Positions 10,318-19,071 of a DNA stretch of 64,000 bases are shown in pieces. Under the pieces are notes generated by a model. The model saw only the letters and a program-made list of their open reading frames with translations. It was not told the DNA's origin and did no database searches. The stretch spans positions 20,706 to 84,705 of IMG/VR virus record IMGVR_UViG_3300042549_010246. One strand, given 5' to 3'. This DNA is from a virus. Position 1 is the stretch's first letter. Every line of letters begins with the position of its first letter. Both the position numbers and the translations under genes were made by a program.

Positions 10318-10342
10318 TTTTAACAATTTAATTAATAACGCT

Positions 10343-10462
10343 ATGTCAAACACTAAATCAGGATTCGTACCAATGGCTATTGGAATTGCATTGTCTCTTG
10401 CCACAATTTATGTTATTGCATATTTTGCAGGTAAAGGATGGGAAAAGGCAACCGATAAATAA
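10343..10462 (+). CDS. 39-aa membrane protein (not in ORF track)
   Basis: MSNTKSGFVPMAIGIALSLATIYVIAYFAGKGWEKATDK. Confidence 0.65.
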   Translation: MSNTKSGFVPMAIGIALSLATIYVIAYFAGKGWEKATDK

Positions 10463-10464
10463 TT

Positions 10465-10959
10465 GTGCAAGGAATCTTTAAACAAATATTGGATGCGACG
10501 GAAGGTCGTCACGCAAGTGGAGTTCTCTATGCAGGGGCTGTAGGAATTTTATTGTCTAATATTATACCAACCCCCGCTGAAGCATTATTCTACCATACTG
10601 AAAAGAAACTCAGAAATAAATGGGATAATGATGAAATAACTGCTGAAAAATATTGGCAAAAAACTGCAAGCGCATATTACTTGTATAAACCCGTTTGGTG
10701 GGGACTTGTAATCAGTGCAATGTATTTTACCAAGGGCGATGTGAAAAACAAAGCAAAAATTGGTTTAATAATTGTAACTGCAGGTGCGGTTGTGGGCATA
10801 ATTTACAAAAATTACACAAAAGACATTCGCGATATACGTCGAGAAGTATTGACTTCTATGGAGCCCAAGAAAAATGTTACAGGTCCTACAAAACCTGTAA
10901 AGGTGGGTCAATATAGGTCAGTTCTCAGAAAAGGCAACGTATTGAAGTTTGTCGCTTAA
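10465..10959 (+). CDS. multi-TM membrane protein
   Basis: Three hydrophobic segments. Confidence 0.7.
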   Translation: MQGIFKQILDATEGRHASGVLYAGAVGILLSNIIPTPAEALFYHTEKKLRNKWDNDEITAEKYWQKTASAYYLYKPVWWGLVISAMYFTKGDVKNKAKIGLIIVTAGAVVGIIYKNYTKDIRDIRREVLTSMEPKKNVTGPTKPVKVGQYRSVLRKGNVLKFVA

Positions 10960-10969
10960 TAAATAAAAA

Positions 10970-11329
10970 ATGGAAAATTCAACAGCAACACCTGCAGCAG
11001 CAGCACCCGCAACACCCGCAGCACCTGCGGCACCCGCAGCACCCGCGGCACCATCAGCACCCGCTATGGCACACGGTGGTAGCGTTGCAGACGCAGCACC
11101 ACAAATGATAGAGGGTGGTGATGTATCATCAATAGAAAATAATTGGGGCACTTGGATAGCCATCGGTTTAGTCTCTCTTACGCTTGTTGCATTAATTTTA
11201 CAGATTGCTGTACATCGCAAAAATTTGAAAAAAGTCGATGCAGACGATGAAGCATTGCTTAAAGATGTCAGAGAACTGAAAATGAATGTGAAGAAACAAA
11301 TGGGCGAAAAGTATGAAACCTTGGCTTGA
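10970..11329 (+). CDS. Pro/Ala-rich membrane protein with MAHGG motif
   Basis: (PAA)n N-term, MAHGGSV, one TM, coiled C-term. Confidence 0.75.
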   Translation: MENSTATPAAAAPATPAAPAAPAAPAAPSAPAMAHGGSVADAAPQMIEGGDVSSIENNWGTWIAIGLVSLTLVALILQIAVHRKNLKKVDADDEALLKDVRELKMNVKKQMGEKYETLA

Positions 11330-11960
11330 CGAAGTTACATATGGCAACCCAAATGATGAACTACTTCCTTATTTAGAAAAAGGGGAATTCGATTTCGTTT
11401 ACGAATCCCTAAAAAAATATCCCTTTCCCAAAAACACTTCGGAGACGACGAGGGATGAAATGAGAGAACTGATTTCAATTCAGAACGCTCCCGAACAAAA
11501 AAACGAAGAAATTATGTCGAGGTATCTAAACTACGACGAACACTTCGGAGATGTGATAAAAACCTATTGTAAGGAAAAAATAGGTGTAGATATGGATGAG
11601 GTTATTGACTCAATAACAAAAGATGGGTACTATGTTCTTGTTAAATTAAAATTTTTCTATCAGCGACCACGCCCCTATCAGTTGGCACAATATTTAAGGG
11701 CGCGGCTTTTTCCATATAAGGCCCCTTCTGCACTGACTCCCGCATATCCTTCGGGACATTCATTTGAGTCATATGCGTTAGCGGAATTTATTGGAAGTAA
11801 ATATCCTGAACACTATCAGTTTTTAACTGATTTAGCACACGACATATCAATTAGTCGATTATTTCTTGGATTGCATTTTGCCTCGGATTTGGATTTTGGC
11901 AGATTTGCGGCTAAAAAATATGTCGGCTCAAAACAATTTGCAAGTAAATATGGAATATGA
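11313..11960 (+). CDS. PAP2/haloperoxidase-superfamily phosphatase
   Basis: KxxxxRPRP, YPSGH, SRxxxGxHxxxD signature. Confidence 0.85.
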   Translation: MKPWLDEVTYGNPNDELLPYLEKGEFDFVYESLKKYPFPKNTSETTRDEMRELISIQNAPEQKNEEIMSRYLNYDEHFGDVIKTYCKEKIGVDMDEVIDSITKDGYYVLVKLKFFYQRPRPYQLAQYLRARLFPYKAPSALTPAYPSGHSFESYALAEFIGSKYPEHYQFLTDLAHDISISRLFLGLHFASDLDFGRFAAKKYVGSKQFASKYGI

Positions 11961-12363
11961 ATTTCTTGTAACTCCTATTGGAAAGCCACGAATGACGCAA
12001 AGGGATAAATGGTTGAATCCTCCGCGTAAACCTGTCTTGAATTATAGACTTGCAAAAAATGGTTTGCAATTTTATGCTTGTGAACAAAAATTTACTTTGC
12101 CCGAAATTATTAATGTTATTTTTGTTTTACCTGTTTCACTAACTTGGAGCAAAAAGAAAAAAACATCAATGATTGGGCACCCACATCGTCAAAAACCTGA
12201 TTTAGACAACATCCTCAAATTTTTGATGGATGGTTTGATGCCCAACGGTGGTGATGAAGTTGTACATACCATAAACGCCCGTAAAATTTGGGGTGAAGAA
12301 GGTAAAATATTAATTGAAACAAACAATGACCCGACAACGCAAAATCGAAACGAAACCAATTGA
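11950..12363 (+). CDS. rusA: RusA-like Holliday junction resolvase
   Basis: PIGKPRMTQRDKW and KPDLDNILKFLMDGL motifs; ATG at 11950 preferred to TTG at 11866. Confidence 0.8.
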   Translation: MEYEFLVTPIGKPRMTQRDKWLNPPRKPVLNYRLAKNGLQFYACEQKFTLPEIINVIFVLPVSLTWSKKKKTSMIGHPHRQKPDLDNILKFLMDGLMPNGGDEVVHTINARKIWGEEGKILIETNNDPTTQNRNETN

Positions 12364-12760
12364 ACAACTATTTTCAGCATTAAGTGAAACGCTGAATGAA
12401 ATTGGTTATATGAGAACAATTCACCTTCTGAGGAAGGGGCAAGAAAATGTATGGAATTCTGATTTAAAACTTGCAACGGATGCTGTTTGCAAGGTGTTTA
12501 ATATATCTCCCGACGTAGTATTTGGCAAATCAAGAAAATATCCCCGAAAATATGCTTTTGCAATTTGGGTTTATTTATCATACACTAAATTAAATTATAC
12601 TTTGCCTGACTTAGTGAATTATACACACAAGTCGTTATCCACTATTAGCAAGGCGAAAGGCACAATCGACAATCGAAGAAACACAACGGCATTTGAAAAA
12701 AAGATTAATGACAAACTTGATGAATGCATCACAATCATAAATGAAATTAAACCCGAATAA
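12326..12760 (+). CDS. DnaA C-terminal-like HTH protein
   Basis: VCKVFNISPDVVFGKSRK...WVYL...TLPDL...HKSLSTI resembles DnaA domain IV. Confidence 0.55.
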   Translation: MTRQRKIETKPIEQLFSALSETLNEIGYMRTIHLLRKGQENVWNSDLKLATDAVCKVFNISPDVVFGKSRKYPRKYAFAIWVYLSYTKLNYTLPDLVNYTHKSLSTISKAKGTIDNRRNTTAFEKKINDKLDECITIINEIKPE

Positions 12761-13737
12761 TGATGGAAAATACAGAAAATGTGAATTCAGAAATCTTTGA
12801 AGATTTCTCCCCGCTTACGCAAGACAATGTAATTCAACGTGATTACACAAAACCAAACGTAGACTATTCCCAAGTCAATGCAAGCCCTATTGAAGAGCCC
12901 ATATTTACCGCACCTTCTTTTGAGGATATGGATAAACATTGGAACTCAAAAGGAGTTGAAGAGGCGCAAATCATAGATGAAAAGGCAAGTGCAAATCCAT
13001 ATACTGAAAACCTTGATAAAAAAGACCAACGGAAAGCGTCAGCGGCTTTAGTCGAGGCTTTATTGGATGGGTATTCTCAGTTAAATAAATTTGGTAACAA
13101 ACTTGTTCAATTCAATCCCGAAAAAATTCAAGCGATGATGCGCTCAGGGGAAATAGACCCTGATTTGACCATCCCTATTAATGGTAGGAATATTGGAGTG
13201 CTCGACTATGTAAACGCATACAATGAGGAAACGTCAACGGTTATTTCTGTGGATGATGACTTCAAAGACAAGGTTCGTCCTTTGTTAATTGAAGAATTTA
13301 TGGAGCGGAATATCGGTATGACCCGCCTACAACTTATTGGATATTATTTTGGTACAGATTTGTTGACTAAGGGAACATTAATTTATTCATTAAGAAAGCA
13401 AAATCAAGCAGTATTGGATTCATTGGTGGAAATAAGTAATAATTCACGTCCTGCGCCAACACCACAAGCAAGTCGTGTAGAGAAGACTGAACCTAATACT
13501 GAAGAGAAGCCTGTTAGGGAGCCACAACGCGAATTTGTAGAACCCGAGGAAGAATACGCTGTGATTGAGGATTTCGAACCAATCATTGAAGTGAAAAATG
13601 CAAATGACGACGTGAAGCGTTCAAGAAAACCAACAGCAGGACCAAGGTTCGGTGACAGTGCGATTTTAGAACAAATGGAACAAATTGCCAATGGTGAAAC
13701 CTCGTCCAAGCGTAGAGGAAGACCAAGGAAAAAATAA
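12760..13737 (+). CDS. hypothetical protein with C-terminal AT-hook, immediately upstream of the ATPase
   Basis: Ends KRRGRPRKK; acidic termini. Confidence 0.7.
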   Translation: MMENTENVNSEIFEDFSPLTQDNVIQRDYTKPNVDYSQVNASPIEEPIFTAPSFEDMDKHWNSKGVEEAQIIDEKASANPYTENLDKKDQRKASAALVEALLDGYSQLNKFGNKLVQFNPEKIQAMMRSGEIDPDLTIPINGRNIGVLDYVNAYNEETSTVISVDDDFKDKVRPLLIEEFMERNIGMTRLQLIGYYFGTDLLTKGTLIYSLRKQNQAVLDSLVEISNNSRPAPTPQASRVEKTEPNTEEKPVREPQREFVEPEEEYAVIEDFEPIIEVKNANDDVKRSRKPTAGPRFGDSAILEQMEQIANGETSSKRRGRPRKK

Positions 13738-13746
13738 TTTAAAAAT

Positions 13747-14568
13747 ATGAGAGAACCATTATTGGGCGTAGCCGTCGGAAAGAAAGGGGTAGGGAAAACC
13801 TTTACAACCAATAGGGTGATTAAACAATATGTGATGGGTAATCCCGCTTCGGGAATTATGCCAAGAAAAGTTTTGATTTTAGATGCAAACGATGAATATA
13901 CTGAGTATAAGGCAATTGCATTAAAGGATTTGATGTTGTTTAGTGTACACCCTTTGGTTGAAGCAAGAAGAATTAGACCGATTCACCCCGACGGTAAAAA
14001 AATGACCTTGGATGATTTGGCTGCTACGTTGAATTATATTTTGGAGGTATTTTCAGGGGGCCTATTATTGATTGAAGACATTAATCGATTTACTTCTGAT
14101 TTTATGCCACAAGATTTAATGGGAGCGATTGCGACGAATCGACATCGTGACTTGGACATCATTTTACACTATCAAGGTATAGGTCGTATTGGAACGAAGG
14201 TATGGCAAAATATCAATTGGCTAAGGATGCATAAAATTACGGAGTCCGCAATCAGGCACGCCAAAAAGTTTGAAGATAAATATGAGATAATCCGTATATG
14301 CGAATTGATGGTAAACATTCAGTATTTTTTGGGTAACGAAAGGACTTTTCAGTACATCGATTGTGAGAATATGTGTTTTCAAGGTAAGGTGGATGAAAAA
14401 CTATTTGCAGATGCTTGTAAGCAATATTTGGAGGAAAATTATCGTAGAATTATTTCACCACTTTTACAGATTCGTGGTGTGGGTGATAAAAAGAAATTTA
14501 CTGCAGATACCGCAATGAAGTCTGAGATGGAAAGATTGCGTAAAATGTATTTAAAAAGGCAAGTGTAA
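13747..14568 (+). CDS. FtsK/HerA-superfamily (A32/PRD1-P9-like) genome packaging ATPase
   Basis: Walker A GKKGVGKT near the N-term, Walker B LLLIED, RH...IILHYQ (Arg finger plus Gln sensor); 273 aa with no nuclease domain. Confidence 0.75.
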   Translation: MREPLLGVAVGKKGVGKTFTTNRVIKQYVMGNPASGIMPRKVLILDANDEYTEYKAIALKDLMLFSVHPLVEARRIRPIHPDGKKMTLDDLAATLNYILEVFSGGLLLIEDINRFTSDFMPQDLMGAIATNRHRDLDIILHYQGIGRIGTKVWQNINWLRMHKITESAIRHAKKFEDKYEIIRICELMVNIQYFLGNERTFQYIDCENMCFQGKVDEKLFADACKQYLEENYRRIISPLLQIRGVGDKKKFTADTAMKSEMERLRKMYLKRQV

Positions 14569-14600
14569 GTTACATTAAGTGTACTATACAAATAATCGAT

Positions 14601-14628
14601 AAGCCCCCTTGTAAACAGGGGGTTTTTC
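14601..14628 (+). terminator. intrinsic terminator
   Basis: AAGCCCCCT-TGTAAAC-AGGGGGTTT hairpin plus T tract. Confidence 0.7.
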
Positions 14629-14706
14629 ATTTTATATACTTGTATTTTACCATACAAATATTATTTGCTAAAATAATCAATCGATAATAGTACATTTTAT
14701 CAAAGG

Positions 14707-14714
14707 TATTTTTG
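14707..14714 (+). promoter_or_regulatory. Bacteroidota-type -7 element for capsid-candidate operon
   Basis: TATTTTTG after the terminator, before 14755. Confidence 0.5.
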
Positions 14715-14754
14715 AAACAATAAGCAGTCTGAACGGCTTATAAAACAAAAACTT

Positions 14755-14868
14755 ATGAACGTAGAATCTTTAAAAAAAATCGGAGGACAAGTCCTTTTAA
14801 TTGTAGTCGGTGTTATTGTTGCTAATGAAATTCAAAAGCAAATTGACAAACGTCGCGCAGCAATGTAA
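14755..14868 (+). CDS. 37-aa membrane protein co-transcribed with capsid candidate (not in ORF track)
   Basis: MNVESLKKIGGQVLLIVVGVIVANEIQKQIDKRRAAM. Confidence 0.7.
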   Translation: MNVESLKKIGGQVLLIVVGVIVANEIQKQIDKRRAAM

Positions 14869-14906
14869 ACTCACAAAAAAACAAAAACCTTAAAAAAACA
14901 AAAACT

Positions 14907-15608
14907 ATGAATAATGTCCGTAAATACCTTGCTGACGCACAAAATCGTGCTCACGAGGGCTTCTTGAATGCCGATGGCTTCTTTGATGACGATTTGAACT
15001 TCACCGCAGGTGATGATTTTATGAATGCAAATGGCAACGACGCTATGCCTGCTGCCGCTCCAACCTCACAACCTTACATCATTCAAATTTCTAACACAGG
15101 TTCTGCTGTTGCGAATTTCAGTGTATTGGGTTCTTACGAGCAGTTGGGTGATACTGCAGCATTTACTTCGGGTAACTTTATATCAGGAGACGTGACTATT
15201 TCGTCTGCTATTCCAAACGTAACCTATCAGCAAATGTTGTATCAGTTTATGAACAACCCTTTCAGCACAGGTTTGACTTACATTCAGTCTTCTTCAAACA
15301 CACAGTTGTTGGAAACAATCAGTGTGCAAACTAAAGACGCGAATGGTAACGTGGCCCAAAAGCCTTTGGTGCCTACTATTGACCCATATCAGTTTCAGAC
15401 TACCGTCCTTGCTCTCCGTTTCGGATACAGAATTGACGGTTACACTAAATTGATTTTGAATTCAATTTTGGCTTCAACCACCGTGAAGTTGTATCTGTAC
15501 CCTGCAGACAACATCAACTTGGCTCGTGGATTGTCAGGACGCGCTGTATCAAAAGATTTCAGCAGCCCAGGCATTGTACGTGCTCAAACCGTGAAAATCC
15601 AAGGTTAA
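14907..15608 (+). CDS. putative major capsid protein (single jelly-roll candidate) with acidic N-terminal leader
   Basis: Follows packaging ATPase; own promoter and strong terminator; alternating beta-strand pattern; many C-ending codons; fold is inferred. Confidence 0.55.
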   Translation: MNNVRKYLADAQNRAHEGFLNADGFFDDDLNFTAGDDFMNANGNDAMPAAAPTSQPYIIQISNTGSAVANFSVLGSYEQLGDTAAFTSGNFISGDVTISSAIPNVTYQQMLYQFMNNPFSTGLTYIQSSSNTQLLETISVQTKDANGNVAQKPLVPTIDPYQFQTTVLALRFGYRIDGYTKLILNSILASTTVKLYLYPADNINLARGLSGRAVSKDFSSPGIVRAQTVKIQG

Positions 15609-15629
15609 TCCCTTTTTTACGATTTATAG

Positions 15630-15668
15630 AAAAGGGGCGATGGCACACAGCCTCGCCCCTTTTTTTTT
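15630..15668 (+). terminator. strong intrinsic terminator
   Basis: AAAAGGGGCGATGGC-ACACA-GCCTCGCCCC followed by T9. Confidence 0.85.
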
Positions 15669-15690
15669 AATAGGCTAAAATCAAATAATT

Positions 15691-15861
15691 ATGGCATATA
15701 AAGTCAAATTGGGTAACAAGGATTACTTCTCAGAAGAATTTTCTTCAGAGACGGAAGCAAAAAAAGCAAAGTATTTCGCCATTGTAGGTGCAAAAACTTT
15801 TCGCAGTGCATCGAAATCGATGGACACAAAAATTGTAAAAGTTGTAAAAAAGAAAAAATAA
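15691..15861 (+). CDS. 56-aa basic protein (not in ORF track)
   Basis: MAYKVKLGNKDYFSEEF...KVVKKKK; stop overlaps next ATG. Confidence 0.6.
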   Translation: MAYKVKLGNKDYFSEEFSSETEAKKAKYFAIVGAKTFRSASKSMDTKIVKVVKKKK

Positions 15862-16244
15862 TGACAATCTACGAGTATATCGCAAGAAACAATCCGATGG
15901 GTGCTAAAAGAGTAATTGAATCTTTTGGCTATGTGGTAACACAACCTAAAAAAATGGGCGATAACCTTCGTATGTTGGTTGCGCAAGAAGGAGAGCCCGC
16001 TTTAAAAGCAGTCGTTGATTTACATCCTGATAAAGACTTAATTTTAGAAGTTTTCGGGAATAGTCAAAGTGTTAAAGCAACGGGTGAAAATTTCTTTGGA
16101 GCCGATGGTCTACTTCAAAGCGCAGTTTTAAATAACAACCAACAGCAAAATGACAGCAACAATAAAATGGTGCTTCAAACAAACACATTAATTGTGGCCT
16201 TATCACTCCTTGTAGTTGCAGGGTTAATATTAAAGAATCGATGA
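15861..16244 (+). CDS. C-terminal TM protein, putative virion membrane protein
   Basis: Terminal hydrophobic helix; FFGADG motif. Confidence 0.7.
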   Translation: MTIYEYIARNNPMGAKRVIESFGYVVTQPKKMGDNLRMLVAQEGEPALKAVVDLHPDKDLILEVFGNSQSVKATGENFFGADGLLQSAVLNNNQQQNDSNNKMVLQTNTLIVALSLLVVAGLILKNR

Positions 16245-16843
16245 AAAATTTGAAACCTAACGAAATTTACGCTGTATCAGCGATGACAATTGACAACAAT
16301 ACTGAAGGGGTAAAAACCCTGATTACAAAGTATGGTGTCATTTTGCCAAACAATGCAAGTCGAAGTGATATTGACAAAGCATTTGCAGCCCTTTTAAGAA
16401 AGAGTAAATCTTTCCGCAACGATTTTGCTGTATTGGCGGCAAATGAAAGTCAGAAGAGCGAAAACTTCTCAAATTTTATGGAATTTTTAGGTATGTCAGG
16501 AAGAGGTATTGGAACAGCAAGTGCTCCTTTAAAAACTCCCGACCCAATTCCTGTAAAAACAAGTTTACCGAACACAACTGCAAAAAAACCAAGTGCATTT
16601 GCGGAAGCATTTGATGCTGACACAATTAGAAACGTCATCAATACGGGATTAAATATTTGGGCTACCCGCTCAGGTACTACAGCCTCAACTACAAATGATT
16701 TACAATCAGGTAGGGAATCTTTGAATTTACAACCCCAAAGTCAACAAACACGTGGTATTGGAACGACGGGAATCGTTTTGATTTCAATTGGTGCACTTGC
16801 AGCGGTAGGTGTTTTGATTTATTACCTATCTAAAAACAAATGA
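16241..16843 (+). CDS. C-terminal TM protein
   Basis: Terminal GIVLISIGALAAVGVLIYYL-KNK. Confidence 0.7.
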   Translation: MKNLKPNEIYAVSAMTIDNNTEGVKTLITKYGVILPNNASRSDIDKAFAALLRKSKSFRNDFAVLAANESQKSENFSNFMEFLGMSGRGIGTASAPLKTPDPIPVKTSLPNTTAKKPSAFAEAFDADTIRNVINTGLNIWATRSGTTASTTNDLQSGRESLNLQPQSQQTRGIGTTGIVLISIGALAAVGVLIYYLSKNK

Positions 16844-16844
16844 T

Positions 16845-17018
16845 ATGGAAAATAAAGATTATACCAAAGTCGTTGGATACTCTCAAATAGGTGGTGCCAT
16901 AGGTATCATTTATGCATTTTCAACAAAATCAGGATTCTTCAAAGGGGTCGGCTATTATTTAGTTGGGTCTTTTGTTGCAGGACTGATTGCATCAGGTGTG
17001 ACCGCAGTAAAGAAATAA
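16845..17018 (+). CDS. 57-aa two-TM glycine-rich membrane protein (not in ORF track)
   Basis: MENKDYTKVVGYSQIGGAIGIIYAF... Confidence 0.65.
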   Translation: MENKDYTKVVGYSQIGGAIGIIYAFSTKSGFFKGVGYYLVGSFVAGLIASGVTAVKK

Positions 17019-17242
17019 TGGCAAACGAATTTCAAGACGCTTTAGACAATGTTAAAGAACTGAGTGGACAATCTACTCACGATACCTTTTTGAAGCAAAG
17101 CAAGCGCATTATGAAGGGCAGTGCTACAGGTCTTGTTGTTGGTTTGATGTATGGATGGTACACGAAAAAAAATATTTATGTAACTGCAATACTTGGAGTA
17201 ATTGCAGGAGGCGCGGTTAATTACTTTATTTTCTCAGAATAA
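17018..17242 (+). CDS. two-TM membrane protein
   Basis: Gly-rich hydrophobic hairpin. Confidence 0.7.
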   Translation: MANEFQDALDNVKELSGQSTHDTFLKQSKRIMKGSATGLVVGLMYGWYTKKNIYVTAILGVIAGGAVNYFIFSE

Positions 17243-17246
17243 AATT

Positions 17247-17654
17247 ATGACTTTAGATTCAGCGATAAAATATAAAGATTTTTCGAACCCAAATATAGTT
17301 CGTGCAAGGCCAATTAATATACAAATGGCCAATGATGACTATTTTTCTGTAGCGGGTCCTGCGGGCGCAACACAATTAAAACTCACCAAGGTTTTGACTG
17401 TAAAAAATGCTCAGGGTAAAAATACGAATTATGAGGTGGGTTCAGTTGTTTGGGCGTTCCCTATTCAAACCATCGCCAAATCAAATAGTTATGTTTTTAC
17501 AACGGAAGGTCAAGGGTATATTTTGACTGTAGGTGTTAACGCTGAAATTTATAATCAAAAAGAGTCTAAAGAGACAAAAAAAGGTTTTCCTTTTTCTTTA
17601 GTCGGATTAGCCTTAATCGGAATAGTAATAATTTATACAATGAAAAAATTATGA
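17247..17654 (+). CDS. C-terminal TM protein
   Basis: ATG at 17247 preferred; terminal TM; YFSVAG motif. Confidence 0.65.
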   Translation: MTLDSAIKYKDFSNPNIVRARPINIQMANDDYFSVAGPAGATQLKLTKVLTVKNAQGKNTNYEVGSVVWAFPIQTIAKSNSYVFTTEGQGYILTVGVNAEIYNQKESKETKKGFPFSLVGLALIGIVIIYTMKKL

Positions 17655-17752
17655 AAACAGCGAATGATGAAAAGAAAAAAGGTGGTGCGTTGATGCTTGT
17701 AGGTTTTGCGATGCTCGCCTATGTTGTTTATAAAATAATCGAAAGTAAATGA
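17651..17752 (+). CDS. 33-aa membrane peptide (not in ORF track)
   Basis: MKTANDEKKKGGALMLVGFAMLAYVVYKIIESK, coupled on both sides. Confidence 0.6.
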   Translation: MKTANDEKKKGGALMLVGFAMLAYVVYKIIESK

Positions 17753-17973
17753 AAAAAGAATATATTGAAGCCCTCGTTTTAATTGGAGCCATTGGATTGG
17801 CTATTTACTTAGCAAGTTCTAAGGACTCCGTATTGAAAAGTGCAAAATCAAATTCTCCAACACCGACAGGACCAAAAGGCGGTTTTGAGAATTTCACTGC
17901 AGACGAATTAACTTATGACGACCATTTGTATGGAAATGCAGATGGAGGATTAAAAGGTTTAACATTTAAATAA
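17749..17973 (+). CDS. N-terminal TM protein
   Basis: N-terminal anchor; YGNADG motif. Confidence 0.7.
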   Translation: MKKEYIEALVLIGAIGLAIYLASSKDSVLKSAKSNSPTPTGPKGGFENFTADELTYDDHLYGNADGGLKGLTFK

Positions 17974-17981
17974 ATAAAACT

Positions 17982-18071
17982 ATGACAAAAAACACAAAAA
18001 CAATCTTGACTTTAGCCGCTGTTGCTGCGGTATTGTTCTTCGTTTTCAAGAAGCCAAAAACAGACGCTTAA
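17982..18071 (+). CDS. 29-aa membrane peptide (not in ORF track)
   Basis: MTKNTKTILTLAAVAAVLFFVFKKPKTDA. Confidence 0.55.
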   Translation: MTKNTKTILTLAAVAAVLFFVFKKPKTDA

Positions 18072-18082
18072 TTGTAATTGAA

Positions 18083-18577
18083 ATGAATCGTGACGTATTA
18101 TTAGGCGCGGGGGTCGTTTTGGCCTTCATCGTCCTTGTTAATCGAGCCAAAAAAAACCAAGTAACTGACACCCAAGGTGGCGGTGGTGGTGGTGGCGGTG
18201 GTTTTGGTGGTGGTCCCTTTGTAGGGGGCGTACCCGCAGGACCAATGACTGTCAATACTATTGTTCAACCCGCAGCGCGTCCTGCAAATCAAGGACGCTC
18301 TTACAACGCTGCTGATGTGACTAAAAGTAAAGACACCACTCCAACTGCAGCAGTTACAAGTTCCGCTCAAGCAAAAGCGATAGAAACAGCCACCAACACG
18401 GGTGGAATCGTTCCTATCGGTCAAGGGGGAAGCAGTACACCTACCTACAGCACAGGGACAGTGACTCAAGCAGATTTAGCGAAAGGTGTTGCAGGTAACA
18501 CTGTATTCAAACCTTTCAGCGGAGATGCTAAATTCTTGGGATTTGTAGGTTCAAGACCTAAATTTGAATTTAATTAA
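18083..18577 (+). CDS. N-terminal TM protein with poly-Gly linker
   Basis: Anchor, G9 run, low-complexity T/A/G body. Confidence 0.7.
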   Translation: MNRDVLLGAGVVLAFIVLVNRAKKNQVTDTQGGGGGGGGGFGGGPFVGGVPAGPMTVNTIVQPAARPANQGRSYNAADVTKSKDTTPTAAVTSSAQAKAIETATNTGGIVPIGQGGSSTPTYSTGTVTQADLAKGVAGNTVFKPFSGDAKFLGFVGSRPKFEFN

Positions 18578-18578
18578 T

Positions 18579-18860
18579 ATGTTGTCAGCAAATAAACTAT
18601 ACAAGGAATCAGGTACCACTTTGTCTTTCAAAGAATGGTTGGAGCGTGAAAAGGCAAAAGGCAAATTCATTCCCAACGTGGAAGCGATGGAAGAGTTTGT
18701 GAATGCCGATGGTGGAACTTCAGAGCAAGCCTCTGAGCAACCCGAAATCACAGCGAAATCAGTTGAGAATAAACAGATGTTTACCTCGATTGCTCGAGTA
18801 GGTTTAATTGTTGTATTGACATACTTCGTTTATCGAACTATCAAAAATGAAATTAAGTAA
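18579..18860 (+). CDS. C-terminal TM protein
   Basis: ATG 18579; FVNADG motif; terminal TM. Confidence 0.7.
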   Translation: MLSANKLYKESGTTLSFKEWLEREKAKGKFIPNVEAMEEFVNADGGTSEQASEQPEITAKSVENKQMFTSIARVGLIVVLTYFVYRTIKNEIK

Positions 18861-19071
18861 TACTCAAATAAAGCGCATCATTATTGCAGGGGGATTTTTC
18901 TTCCTGCTTTTGCGCTTTAGAGGATACTTAAATCCCTCAAAAGAAACATTGTCGGCAAAAGACGATAGTGTTTCTGCAAATGGTACCAAATCGGTAATCG
19001 ACAGAGCGATTCACAAAGTAAAAAGTGGCGCGGTAAAAGTTGCAAGCACACCATCTGAAATAAAAAACTGA
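18847..19071 (+). CDS. N-terminal TM protein
   Basis: Hydrophobic N-term. Confidence 0.6.
   Translation: MKLSNTQIKRIIIAGGFFFLLLRFRGYLNPSKETLSAKDDSVSANGTKSVIDRAIHKVKSGAVKVASTPSEIKN

Noticed and set aside
13747-14568. Terminase large subunit
   Set aside because: Too short, no nuclease domain, and motif layout fits FtsK/HerA-type ATPases
18175-18215. GGT/GGC microsatellite
   Set aside because: Simply encodes a poly-Gly linker
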